DNA of 64,000 bases, from assembly GCA_963696385.1 (NCBI GenBank), contig CAVOKF010000003.1, positions 480,001 to 544,000 of the forward strand, read 5' to 3'. The notes under the pieces are model-generated. The model had not been told where the DNA came from. It worked only from the letters and a program-made list of their open reading frames with translations, and did not search any database. Shown in pieces: positions 1-9,368 of this stretch; position 1 is the first letter of the stretch, and every line of letters begins with the position of its first letter. A program made the position numbers and the translations under genes. The stretch comes from an uncultured delta proteobacterium (lineage in GTDB: Bacteria; Myxococcota_A; Polyangia; Polyangiales; Polyangiaceae).

Positions 1-1527
1 GAACGGTGGTTCGCGTTGCTCGACAACGATCCGGACCTCAAGCCTGCGACCGTCGGCCGATACAAGGCGAGTTGGACCGGCATCCTTGCAAAGCTGGGCA
101 AGCGCCCCGTGGCCGACCTGACGCCACCGATTCTGCGCACGTGGGTCCTAGAGCAACGCGCGGAGCGGTCCGTGTCGACTGTCCGCAACGACGTCAACGC
201 TCTGACGCGGTGCTTCAAGGACGCGATCTCGCAGCGATGGGTCGCGCTGACGTCCAACCCAATGAAGGACGACTATCTCCGTAGCGCCGTCCCTTCGATG
301 CAAATTCCCGAGGCCGACGAGATCGTACAGTGGTCGCGCGCCGAGCTCGAACGTCTACTCGCTTCGCCGCTCTCCGATCTGCACTTCGGGATGCTGCTCG
401 TCAGTGTGACGACCGGCCTACGCGACGGCGAGCTTCACGGCTTGCGGTTCGCGGACGACGGCGCCGACGCGAAGTACCCCGACGTGCGCCGCCTGTACGT
501 GCTCCGGCAAGCGCTCATGCCGCGCGACGCGAAGACCGAGGCATTCGGACCACCGAAAAGTAAATGGGGGAAACGCAAGGTGCCACTGCATTCCGCCGCT
601 GCGGCATGGATCGATTGGTGGAAGGCCGAGGGGTGGGGGGCGTATGTCGGGCGCCAGCCCGAGGGCAGCGATTTCGTGTTCCCCAACGAGGCCGGCGCCG
701 TTTGGCGCCCGCGCGCCGCGGAGCTCGTTCGCGACCTTCTCGCGGCGGCGGGCCTGCCCACCGCGTTCAAACTGACCGACGGCGAGACGGCGGATTTCAC
801 TTGGCATGCGACACGGCGCACGTTCGCCTCCCTGCTCGCGGATGCCGGCGTGTCGGGCGAGACTTTGGACTACCTGCTCGGGCAGGCGCCGCACACCACG
901 CGCGGCCGCCACTACCAAGCGCCCCCCATGACCGAGCTAGCGCGTGCCGTGGCCCTGCTCACCGTCGCTTTGCCATCGCGCCCAGGCGTGCCATCTTGCC
1001 ACCCTTCACGCCCGCCCCAATCGTCCCGTGAATCGTCCCAAGCCACCGAGGACCCACCCGCGACACACAAGAAAGCGCAATCATTCAGCACACTTGCCCC
1101 CGTAGCTCAGAGGATAGAGCAGCGGTTTCCTAAACCGTTGGCCGGACGTTCGAATCGTCTCGGGGGCGCCTTAGAAATCATTGGTGATTTTGCCTCCTGC
1201 ATAGTGCGACCCGCACTAAGACCCGCACCAAAATCCGCACTAAGACCAGCGGTTATGGTCCCCCCCGGAAATCGCGGTGGTTTGCAGGGTGATCCCGTCG
1301 ACCAAACTGTCCTCCAAACCGATGGTCGCGACCGCCGCTTGAAGTGTGGCGAGCGTCTGCGCTGTGTAGTGTTGCTGGGTTACGCCCGATCCCGCGTGCC
1401 CCATCAGGCGCTTGATGGTGCTCTCGGCAACACCCGCCTCGTTGAGCCACGTGGCGAAGCTGCGACGCGTCGCGTGCGCGGTGTACGGATGCCCCTCGTA
1501 GACGTCCGGCAGGCCCGCTGCGCGTAG
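1..1527 (+). CDS. Tyrosine recombinase/integrase, 5'-truncated by the window; homology ends near 1000 and the ORF reads on through the tRNA
   Basis: Catalytic motifs GLRDGE (R), PKSK (K), WHATRR (HxxR), LLGQ..RHY (Y). The frame is open from base 1. Confidence 0.9.
   Translation, partial: ERWFALLDNDPDLKPATVGRYKASWTGILAKLGKRPVADLTPPILRTWVLEQRAERSVSTVRNDVNALTRCFKDAISQRWVALTSNPMKDDYLRSAVPSMQIPEADEIVQWSRAELERLLASPLSDLHFGMLLVSVTTGLRDGELHGLRFADDGADAKYPDVRRLYVLRQALMPRDAKTEAFGPPKSKWGKRKVPLHSAAAAWIDWWKAEGWGAYVGRQPEGSDFVFPNEAGAVWRPRAAELVRDLLAAAGLPTAFKLTDGETADFTWHATRRTFASLLADAGVSGETLDYLLGQAPHTTRGRHYQAPPMTELARAVALLTVALPSRPGVPSCHPSRPPQSSRESSQATEDPPATHKKAQSFSTLAPVAQRIEQRFPKPLAGRSNRLGGALEIIGDFASCIVRPALRPAPKSALRPAVMVPPGNRGGLQGDPVDQTVLQTDGRDRRLKCGERLRCVVLLGYARSRVPHQALDGALGNTRLVEPRGEAATRRVRGVRMPLVDVRQARCA
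1096..1170 (+). tRNA. tRNA-Arg(CCT)
   Basis: Acceptor stem GCCCCCG/CGGGGGC, D arm TAGCTCAGAGGATAGAGC, anticodon arm GCGGT-TTCCTAA-ACCGT, T arm GGACG-TTCGAAT-CGTCT. Ends G-CC-T, so CCA is not fully encoded. Confidence 0.95.
1211..1247. repeat. Short direct repeats (CCGCAC at 12-bp period; CCGCACTAAGACC twice), candidate integrase arm-type sites
   Basis: CCGCACTAAGACC at 1211-1223 and 1235-1247, CCGCAC at 1223-1228, lying between the tRNA 3' end and the end of the second integrase. Confidence 0.55.
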
Positions 1528-1700
1528 GTCCGCGCGCAGCATCAGGGCCATGTCCGGGCGCCACGGTTCGCCCTTGTCGTTGGGAAACAGGCAGCGCCAC
1601 CCACTCCTCGGCCACCGCATCGGCGAAGAACGCCGTCACGGTGCCGACGATATTGGGGCCCCACCCGCGACGAGCGCCCCAGGGGCTCCGTCTTTCAGTG
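1240..1700 (-). pseudogene. Second tyrosine recombinase, internally deleted remnant
   Basis: C-terminal motifs FPN..G.PWRP, HATRRSFATWL, LMGH, QHY. An upstream frame gives VTAFFADAVAEEWV, matching TRCFKDAISQRWV of integrase 1, and the middle of the gene is missing. Confidence 0.85.
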
Positions 1701-1883
1701 ACGTTCATTGTCCAAACACGCGCTGCAATCGATCTGCACCGCGGCACATGGACCGCGCAATCGGAAATGCATCCCTGACGGCCGTGCCGGTACTGGCACA
1801 CTGTGGCACGGACCAAAGCAAGAAAATAGCAGGTTCCGGGCCTGATTCGGCAGGTTACGGTTTTGCACAGAGTCGATGATGCC

Positions 1884-2990
1884 ATGCAGCCGTTTCGCGT
1901 CTTTGTCGTCCTAGGTGCCTTCGCCGCGCTCGAGCCTGCGTGTTCCAGCCGTCCGAACGGTTCGACAGCGTCGACCCACCAAGCCGGGACAGGCACGACC
2001 ACGGGTTCCGCCGGCGCGGAGCCAACCACGACGCAGGGGGGAGGCAACCAAAACCAAGGCAACAGCTGCTCGGGCGGAGCTTGCTGCCCATTGCCCACTC
2101 AGGAAAGCGCGTGTCCCGGCGCCGATGAGGGTCAGGGCTGTCCGACGTTCATACAATGCCCAGGTGGCCTCAGCTTTGCGGCCGCGCTCACCTGCACGAG
2201 CGGCAGCTGGCAGATCCTCAGCGAGCCTTGCCCCGCCCTGGACGGGGGTCTGACGGCCGAGGGTTGTCCGGCCCAACAACCGTCACCAGGCGCCCCATGT
2301 TTTACATCGGACGCCTCTGGAGTGTGCGGGTACGCAGTCACGTGCACACCGTCCTGCGATGCCGCGCCCGCCGCGGTTCAGAACGCGAACCAGGGCAATA
2401 CGTCGACCGCGTCCGGCAGCGCCTGCGCGACTGTGTCTGAGATAGCCGAAGCGATATGCACAGGCGGACATTGGGCGACGGAACCGCTCGCGCCATGTCC
2501 AGGGCCCAGTGAGCCAACGGACGCGGCAGCGGCGAGTGTTGGCCCGAGCGTGGGCGGTGGCGGTTGCCCCGGAAAAGCCGACGCGGCGGCATGTCCGGCC
2601 CTCCCGTCGGGCTTTTCCGATCCAGGACCGTACTGGGTCGGATGCGAGTTTACGAACTGCTCGTCCGCAACGGCGTGCACCACTTGCTCTTGCGTCGATG
2701 CCGACGGCGGGGCCAACTGGGAATGCGCGAGCAATGACGGATTTCAGCCAGAGACGGATGCTCAGCCCACTCCGTATTGTGGGTTGAATTCGGGCCCCCT
2801 CGACGGCGGCGACCTGGCCGAAGCGAGCCCGTTCGAACAATGCACGCCGCAGTACCCCACGTGCACGCGTCCATCCCCCGAGTCACCGGGCTGGCAATGC
2901 TGCATCGTCTCCGGTGTAGGAGGCATCACCGAGATCTCTTGCATGCCCAATGATGCCGGGGCGTACCGCGGCAATTTCGGCGTTCCGTAG
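1884..2990 (+). CDS. Cys-rich secreted protein/lipoprotein (myxobacterial type)
   Basis: Signal peptide ending EPAC, many spaced Cys residues, DAG/DGG motifs; followed by the hairpin GCCGCCA-TCA-TGGCGGC. Confidence 0.75.
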   Translation: MQPFRVFVVLGAFAALEPACSSRPNGSTASTHQAGTGTTTGSAGAEPTTTQGGGNQNQGNSCSGGACCPLPTQESACPGADEGQGCPTFIQCPGGLSFAAALTCTSGSWQILSEPCPALDGGLTAEGCPAQQPSPGAPCFTSDASGVCGYAVTCTPSCDAAPAAVQNANQGNTSTASGSACATVSEIAEAICTGGHWATEPLAPCPGPSEPTDAAAASVGPSVGGGGCPGKADAAACPALPSGFSDPGPYWVGCEFTNCSSATACTTCSCVDADGGANWECASNDGFQPETDAQPTPYCGLNSGPLDGGDLAEASPFEQCTPQYPTCTRPSPESPGWQCCIVSGVGGITEISCMPNDAGAYRGNFGVP

Positions 2991-3587
2991 CCCGCCGCCA
3001 TCATGGCGGCCGCACCATCCTCACGCTACGAACGGTCGTCCTCTCAAAATCGTTTCGAGAGTTCGACGCAGCGGTGCCGTCAAGTGAAGGTTTGGCCGAT
3101 CGAGATCGGGTCACAGGAAAGGCCACCTACGCGCTGCCGGTCGCCGCGGTGACCGCCCGTTCCGGATACCGGCCCGCGGGGAAGGCTCGCACTGTTTCGT
3201 CCGAATCGCGGGCGAGTAGGCGCTCCAAAGCTTGTCGGCCGACGAAGAGACGCGGAAACCGCCGCGGTCACATAAAATCCCTTATGGGCATTCGTCGTCC
3301 ATGCAACGTCGAACCGATTTGGCGAAGCCATACGGCGACAGATTGGAGTCCATTGGATCGATATCGCATTTGACAGATTCGAATACCGGATTCAGATTGC
3401 CCGTCGCTTCCGAGCATCATCGCCTCCGTGCGAGTGGCGCTCGGACTCGGGGCGAGTGTTCTCAGGCTGCGCGGAAGACCCATTCGTGCGTTGGCGCTTT
3501 TTGTCGCTGCTCGTGCTGTCTCTGGCTAGACTCTGGGCCTCGACCGAGTACGTCGCCGCCGAGCTTCACTACCCTCCCTAGATCGGC

Positions 3588-4480
3588 GTGCCTTGGGTCC
3601 TCGTCGGATCGTGGCCCGCTTATCCGTCCTGGGGTTGGCTTCTCTGGAGCCCGATCGCCGAGTCGCGTGCGCCAACCCTCATTCGCGACGCCAGCGGCAT
3701 CACGACGATCGGCGCGATCGCCGGCTGCTCGGCTGCCGCAATTGCGGCCGTGCACCGCAGGCGTTCGGGCCCAAGCCGCTCCCACGGCAGCGCGCGGTGG
3801 GCCACGACGACCGAGATGCGACGCGCGGGACTCTTGCGCGAGGCCGGGGGGACGCCCTGTTTCGACACACGATCAACGCCGCCGGCCGGACGAAGACCGT
3901 GTTCCGCAAGTCCGGCCGACTCCGCCATGACGGGCCCGAGCACGTCTTCTGCTTCGCCCCCACCCGATCGGGTAAGGGCGTCGGCCTGGTCGTCCCGACG
4001 CTTCTAAGCTGGCCGCACTCGGTTCTCGTCTACGACATAAAAAAGGAAAACTGGGCGCTCACCGCGGGCTGGCGCCGCCAATTCAGTCGGGTCTGGCGCT
4101 TCGAGCCCACGGCCCTCGATTCGCTCCGCTTCAATCCGCTCCTGGAAATCCGCAGAGAATGGAACGAGGTGCGCGACGCCCAGAACGTCGGCGATCTGCT
4201 CGTCGACCGCGCCGGCGAGAAGGACACTCGTGACCACTGGCAAACGACGGCTCACACCCTGCTCACCGGGGCCATCCTGCACGTCCTCTACGCGGAGAGC
4301 GACAAGACCCTGTCCGGCGTCGCCCGGTTCCTCTCCAACCCGGACGCCACCCAGACGCAAACGCTCGAGCGGATGCTAGAGACCCCGCACCTGGGCGATG
4401 CGCCCCATCGCGCCGTGGCCCAAGCCGCGCGCGAGATGCTCAGCAAGAGCGGTGCGATCCGCGGCGAATCGCCTGAATAA
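3588..4480 (+). pseudogene. traG: TraG/VirD4 type IV coupling protein remnant (frameshifted, C-terminally truncated)
   Basis: SHGSARWA in one frame; GPEHVFCFAPTRSGKGVGLVVPTLL, DIKKEN, FNPLLEIR and DHW in the next frame; ends abruptly near 4450. Confidence 0.88.
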
Positions 4481-4602
4481 GACGCGTCCACGAGATTTCG
4501 AGCCACGGAGGGGTGGATCCGACTTTGTTGAATAATATCATTGGTATCGTAACATTGTGACCCACTTGAGACGACTCCCAGGACGATTCGAGGCCTGGCG
4601 AG

Positions 4603-4791
4603 CTCATCGCCGCGAAGCAAGCCAAGGCGGCGCGGCCCCTATCGACGGCGGGCGGACAGCACGCCACGGGGCGGTCCGACCCGAAGCCCGCGCCGACGGC
4701 CAGGTCCGCTCCCGGAAAGCCGGCCCCAGCGACGAAGCGGTCGCGCGCGCGCGACGTCGAGGTCATCGTACGCCGAAAGCCGAACCCGTAA
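4603..4791 (+). pseudogene. 3' fragment of a paralog of the HTH gene at 16270-16788
   Basis: Translates [12 protein letters not shown]...[19 protein letters not shown], compared with [12 protein letters not shown]...[19 protein letters not shown]. Confidence 0.8.
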
Positions 4792-4929
4792 GACGGTGGC
4801 CCGAGTGCCGTTGAATGCGGCAGGGCCTTTGCCGAAACACGTGACCTCGAGCGAATCCGGCGCGAGAACGTCAACGATTCATCGCGAGCCGCGAGGCCGA
4901 GATCCCGGGCACGGCGGGCGGGATACGAT

Positions 4930-5310
4930 TCGATCATGCACGCTCGTCACCGCCGATGTCTTCACGGATCGTGCGTTCGGAGGCAATCCCCTTGCCGTCT
5001 TTCCCGACGCCACCGCCATTGCCGAAGCCCAGCTCGTGCCCATTACTCGCGAGTTCAACTATTCGGAGACCACGTTCGTCTTCCCTCCAACCGATCCGCA
5101 CCATATGCGGCGCGTTCGAATCTTCACTCCGGCGGCGAAACGACTCGAATCACGTTCGAGGAGAACGTCGGGGTCGTGCCGGTCGTCATTCGGACCCGCG
5201 GCGGCGTCCCGGTCTTCGAGCGGCTCTCGGTCGCGAAGTTGCCCGAAGTCGGTCCTTTTGCCGGTCACCCGACGCTGGGGACCGCGCACGTCTTGGCGAC
5301 CCTGGGCACG
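4930..5310 (+). pseudogene. PhzF-family epimerase remnant with segments out of order
   Basis: [32 protein letters not shown], then [17 protein letters not shown], then [14 protein letters not shown]. Confidence 0.85.
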
Positions 5311-5353
5311 ACGCCGCCAAGGAGCCGGTCCCCGGCTGTGTTTGCCCTCTGCG

Positions 5354-5870
5354 ATGGCCCACCATCGTCATCCGGACGGCGCGACAGATTCTGCTGGAAC
5401 AAGGACCCTGCGATGCCCACGACATTTTCGCGCTCAGCGCGGATCTCGAGGTCACGCGCTACACCGGCGGCGACTCGTTCGAGTCCGTGGAATCCGCCCG
5501 ACGCTTCTTCGAGAGCTATCGGCACATTCACCGCCGTGAAGGGATGGCGCGTTGGACGGCACTCGACTCACGGACGGGCGAGTTTCTCGGCTGGTGCGGA
5601 CGGCGGCGTCAATCCGACGGAGACGTCGACCTGGGCTGTCGATACCGTCGATCCGTTTGGGGACGTGGGCTCGCGACCGAAGTGGGGCAGGCTTGCCTTC
5701 GGGTCGCATTCGAGCGCTTGCGGCTCTCGAGTGTCATCGCAAGAGCCCACCCCGAGAACGTGGCCTCTCTGGCGTGATTCAAAAGCTGGACTTCGAGTTC
5801 GAGGCGACTCGTGGTTCGAGGGCTTGCCGGCTGTCGTTCATCGGCTGCGCGTCGACGCTTGCGGTCGCTA
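5354..5870 (+). pseudogene. RimJ/RimL-type GNAT acetyltransferase with frameshifts
   Basis: [21 protein letters not shown]...WGRGLATE, HPENVAS then VIQKLDFEFE in another frame. Confidence 0.75.
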
Positions 5871-6030
5871 GACGCCACCGAGACCCGAACCAGCTGACCA
5901 CGACCCCTCGAGGCGCTCGCGCCTGCGCCGCACGGTCGTCCTTCCGCTCGTGAAGTCTTGCAGGCTCCCGCCCACTTGCACGGCCTTCTTGCCGGAGCTC
6001 GCGCCTCCCGACAGCGGACCCGGCTCCCCA

Positions 6031-6447
6031 TTAGGCCACGAACGGATTAACCACAAGCATGGCCCCGAAGCGCTGCCCTGCGTTCAGATCCTCGGAATAC
6101 AGCCGGTCGCACCCCGCGGTGATCGCGGCTTGCACGACGAGGGCGTCCCAGAAGGAGAGCTTGGCGTGTCGCTGGAGGTCGATCGCGCCGAGCAGGATAG
6201 GCCCGGTGTTGTCGACGACGGTCCAGGTCAAATACTCATCGACGATGTCTCTCGCCTTGCCGACCGCAAGGGGCTTCTTCAGCTTGCGTGTCACCGTCAC
6301 GTAGAACTCCTGGAGGATCTGCACGCTCAGGACTCCGTCGCGAAGGTCCCACAATTGCAGGACGAGGTCGCGTGCCAAGCGCTGCTTGTCCTTCGCGTCG
6401 GAGTCCTCCGCGTAGACGAGGACGTTCGTGTCAACGAAGCTTGGCAC
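6031..6447 (-). CDS. vapC: PIN-domain (VapC) toxin
   Basis: FVDTNVLVY, QILQEF, SFWDALVV, LYSEDL acidic PIN motifs; GTG start overlaps the antitoxin. Confidence 0.9.
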   Translation of the reverse strand: MPSFVDTNVLVYAEDSDAKDKQRLARDLVLQLWDLRDGVLSVQILQEFYVTVTRKLKKPLAVGKARDIVDEYLTWTVVDNTGPILLGAIDLQRHAKLSFWDALVVQAAITAGCDRLYSEDLNAGQRFGAMLVVNPFVA

Positions 6448-6679
6448 GGTCGTGGATCTCGTCGCGAGACGGAAGCTTGCCTCCGCCAAGGGGCTGCCCG
6501 CGACGGAGGCGATTCAGCGCAGCCGCCCTGGCCTTGGCATACTTCTGCTGTCGCCCCACGAGACCAGCAAGCTCGAGCCGAAGAAACGCCGACACGGACA
6601 GGCCGCGTTGCGCCGCGAGAACGCGCGCTTCGCGCAGCGTCTCCTCGTCCAATGTGAGAGTGATGTTCCTCGCGGACAC
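6431..6679 (-). CDS. Ribbon-helix-helix antitoxin (DUF6364-like)
   Basis: NITLTLDEETLREARVLAAQRGLSVS; overlaps the upstream end of the PIN gene. Confidence 0.85.
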   Translation of the reverse strand: MSARNITLTLDEETLREARVLAAQRGLSVSAFLRLELAGLVGRQQKYAKARAAALNRLRRGQPLGGGKLPSRDEIHDRAKLR

Positions 6680-6777
6680 GCAATATACGCGTAACACGTG
6701 TTTTACGTGCGAGCAAGCCGTCGCCCGATGTCACCCGGTGGGGCCGCCCTGACGCCGCCGCTCGCGACGACCTCGCA

Positions 6778-6843
6778 CCGCTCCCACGGCAGCGCGCGGT
6801 GAGCGACCAGGTTGCATCTGCGACGCGCGGGACTTTTGCGCGA
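6778..6843 (+). pseudogene. Second short traG fragment
   Basis: 24-nt identity with 3776-3799 (CCGCTCCCACGGCAGCGCGCGGTG) followed by RRAGLLR; the TGG codon has become TGA. Confidence 0.7.
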
Positions 6844-7043
6844 TAGCCAACGCCTTGTTTCGCGGCCAGAACGGCGCGGGAAAGACGACGTTCGCGTTTC
6901 GATGAGGCCCTCGACAGTCTCTACGCCCACCGGCATGAGACGCCCGACAGGCGAGCAAAAGCGACAAGATGGTCGCGCTTGCCGGCTAGAATGGGGCCGA
7001 GCGGGTGGCAGGTGATTCCAGGCGAGGTAATGTCGAGGCGACG

Positions 7044-7170
7044 ATGACCGACGGCCCGAGCGGACTGCCGCCGCTTACGCTCGGAACCGTCATCAACGAC
7101 CGCTACGGAATTCGGCAGCGCCTCGGCAGGGGCGAGATGGGTGAAGTCTTTCTCGCGTAGCACACGTCTG
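7044..7170 (+). pseudogene. N-terminal fragment of a Hanks-type Ser/Thr protein kinase
   Basis: MTDG..GTVINDRYGIRQRLGRGEMGEVFLA*HT, a subdomain I glycine loop with an in-frame stop. Confidence 0.7.
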
Positions 7171-7199
7171 CGGTTCGAACACGAGACTCGCAACACCCG

Positions 7200-7374
7200 C
7201 GTCGACGTCTCGGATGTCGATCGCACGGTCGTCGAAGGTGTGCGCGCCCGGTTCGACCCCTTCCACGGACGCATCGCCCCACACGCTACGCTCGTCTTCG
7301 CCGTCGACCGCCTCGACGCCGACAGGCTCGGAGCGCACGTCGTCGAGCGTGTCTTGGGTGACGGGGTAGAGTGA
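7200..7374 (+). pseudogene. Fragment of a 2'-5' RNA ligase/2H phosphoesterase family gene
   Basis: VRARFDP...IAPHATLVF (first HxT motif only). Confidence 0.55.
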
Positions 7375-7380
7375 GCGCCG

Positions 7381-8169
7381 ATGAGCGCATCCATCAACGC
7401 CCCTCTGGGCCACGAGCTCGTCGGCTCCGGCCCGTCGCACGTCGTGATCCTGAATGATTGGCTGTGCGACACGTCGACCTGGGACAGCGCCCGGTCGTAC
7501 CTCGACTCTTCGCGATTCACATTCGCCTTCGCCAATCTCCGCGGCTACGGCCGCTCGCGCGGACGTGTTGGCGCTTTCACGGTCGTCGAAGCCGCAAGCG
7601 ATGTCCTCGCTCTCGCGGAGGCGCTGGCTTGGCCTCGGTTCGCGATCGTCGGCCACTCCATGAGCACGCTCGTTGCGCTCCACCTCGCGCAGAATCACAC
7701 AGACCGGATCTCGCACGTCGTCGTGCTCACGCCACCGCCGCTCGCAGGCTTCGGTGCAGACGATGCCGCCCTGGCGCGGGCCGCAGCCTCGCGAGAGCTC
7801 GCGTTCGCCGACGACGCGACGCGATTGGCCGTGCTCTCGCAGCGATTCGCCGCACGCTTGTCGCCGGGTTGGACGCGCTTCAAGGTATCGCGATGGCGTG
7901 CGGGCGCCGATCCGGCCGCGGCAGCCGCCTACGTCGCGATGTTCGCGCTCGACGGTCTGCCGAATCCGAACGCTCGCATCGCCGTCCCCGTGCTCGCGAT
8001 CACCGGCGAGCAGGACCTGCTCCCCATGCGAAGCGGCGCCGTCGCGCACGCGTTGGGGCCTCTTTGCGATCGGCTCGTCGTCTCGCCGCTCGCAGATTCC
8101 GGTCATTATCCTATGCAGGAGATGCCGCCGTTGACCGTGGCGCTCGTGGAGCGATTTCTCGCGAGCTGA
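7381..8169 (+). CDS. Alpha/beta fold hydrolase
   Basis: LRGYGRS, GHSMS nucleophile, GEQD, SGHYPMQE. Confidence 0.9.
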   Translation: MSASINAPLGHELVGSGPSHVVILNDWLCDTSTWDSARSYLDSSRFTFAFANLRGYGRSRGRVGAFTVVEAASDVLALAEALAWPRFAIVGHSMSTLVALHLAQNHTDRISHVVVLTPPPLAGFGADDAALARAAASRELAFADDATRLAVLSQRFAARLSPGWTRFKVSRWRAGADPAAAAAYVAMFALDGLPNPNARIAVPVLAITGEQDLLPMRSGAVAHALGPLCDRLVVSPLADSGHYPMQEMPPLTVALVERFLAS

Positions 8170-8209
8170 CGCGCGCCGCAGATCGGCGCAGGGCTCGCAC
8201 TGAGTCGGG

Positions 8210-8325
8210 GACCCAACCGGGCGCCGACCGGCCCGAAGACCGCGCCGCCGGCCTCCGCTGTGGGACAGTCGGCACCGGTGACGAAGCGGTCGCGCGTGCA
8301 CGACGTCGAGATCATCGTACGGGCG
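8210..8325 (+). pseudogene. Another 3' fragment of the HTH-gene paralog
   Basis: PKTAPPA...VTKRSRVHDVEIIVR. Confidence 0.65.
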
Positions 8326-8607
8326 TCCCGTTTGCACGACGGCCAGGCCGCGATCGTGCCAATGCTTGCCGGCCCTCGAGGAGGAGCGCGCGCCGCGCGC
8401 CCAGCGCGAGGCGAAGCGGCCGCAAACGCGTTTCGGCGGGGGGGGACGAAGGCACCCCTCCGAGGCCCTGGGGTACATTCTCCCGCGATGGTCGACCTCG
8501 CCCCTCAGCAGCTTGCATCGCGTCCCACTTGCCGCGTCCGCTGAACTGCGGAGGAGAACCTTCGGCGACGGCATTCACGATGACCAACAGCCGGTCGACC
8601 GCTCTTT

Positions 8608-9018
8608 TCAAACTCGTTCGATCACGACCTTCCCGAACTCCATTGCGCCGGCCTGAAGCGCGCGGAAATCATCGACATCCGACGTGTAGATCACGTCCCC
8701 TCGTAGCCACGCCGACGTCAGAACAATGGCGTCGATCGTACCCTTGTCCGGCTTCACTCCGTGGACCCGCCCCAGGAACTCGCCCGCCAAGCTGGCCACC
8801 CTCTTGGTCAGGTCTTCCACCAGGACGGAAGCCAGAACGATCTCGCGAAATCGTCGGCCCGCCCCAGCTCGCCACCACTCCGCGATGACCACGGTTGGAA
8901 CGGTGATCGGCACATTGTGACGCTGCGCTGTTGCGTAGACGCGGTCCATCTCCGTGCGCTTGCGTTCCAGTGCAATCAGCGCGCCCGTATCGAACGTGAT
9001 GCCCCTCTGTCGGTTCAT
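8608..9018 (-). CDS. PIN-domain (VapC-like) toxin
   Basis: ITFDTGALIALER, VIAEWWR, IDAIV, YTSDVDD; ATGA overlap with the upstream gene. Confidence 0.88.
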   Translation of the reverse strand: MNRQRGITFDTGALIALERKRTEMDRVYATAQRHNVPITVPTVVIAEWWRAGAGRRFREIVLASVLVEDLTKRVASLAGEFLGRVHGVKPDKGTIDAIVLTSAWLRGDVIYTSDVDDFRALQAGAMEFGKVVIERV

Positions 9019-9368
9019 CTCCGACGCGCCATCGGGCGACTGCCGCGTGCCGGTCGCTGGGCTCTTTTGGCCGGACCATCGAAGGCCGAAACGACCTCGG
9101 CTTCGGTGGGTGGAGGTGGCGCCCGGCCCCACAGCTCGAGGAGCTCCCGCTGCTCCTGTGCCGAGGGCAACTGGTCCGACGGAAACGTCGCCATCACTTC
9201 TTCGGCGGCGCGACGCCGTTCGAGCTCCGCGATGACGTCCGCCAAGTGACGCTCAAGCGCGATGCTGACGAGCGACGACAAGCTGACACCTGTGCGCTCC
9301 GCGGCCGTCTTGGCCAGTCCCAAAGCGTGACGCTCCACGGTCAGGCTCACTTTCGCGGTCGACGCCAT
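9015..9368 (-). CDS. Putative RHH antitoxin
   Basis: KVSLTV..A..A...GVSLSSLVS.AL; translationally coupled to the PIN gene. Confidence 0.8.
   Translation of the reverse strand: MASTAKVSLTVERHALGLAKTAAERTGVSLSSLVSIALERHLADVIAELERRRAAEEVMATFPSDQLPSAQEQRELLELWGRAPPPPTEAEVVSAFDGPAKRAQRPARGSRPMARRR

Noticed and set aside
1804..1820. Sigma-54 promoter TGGCACG...AAGC upstream of the lipoprotein
   Set aside because: GG-to-GC spacing is 11 rather than 10 and there is no TTGC.
4499..4523. Possible reverse-complement tRNA 3' end (GAGCCACGGAGGGG)
   Set aside because: No T loop and no CCA; too short to support.
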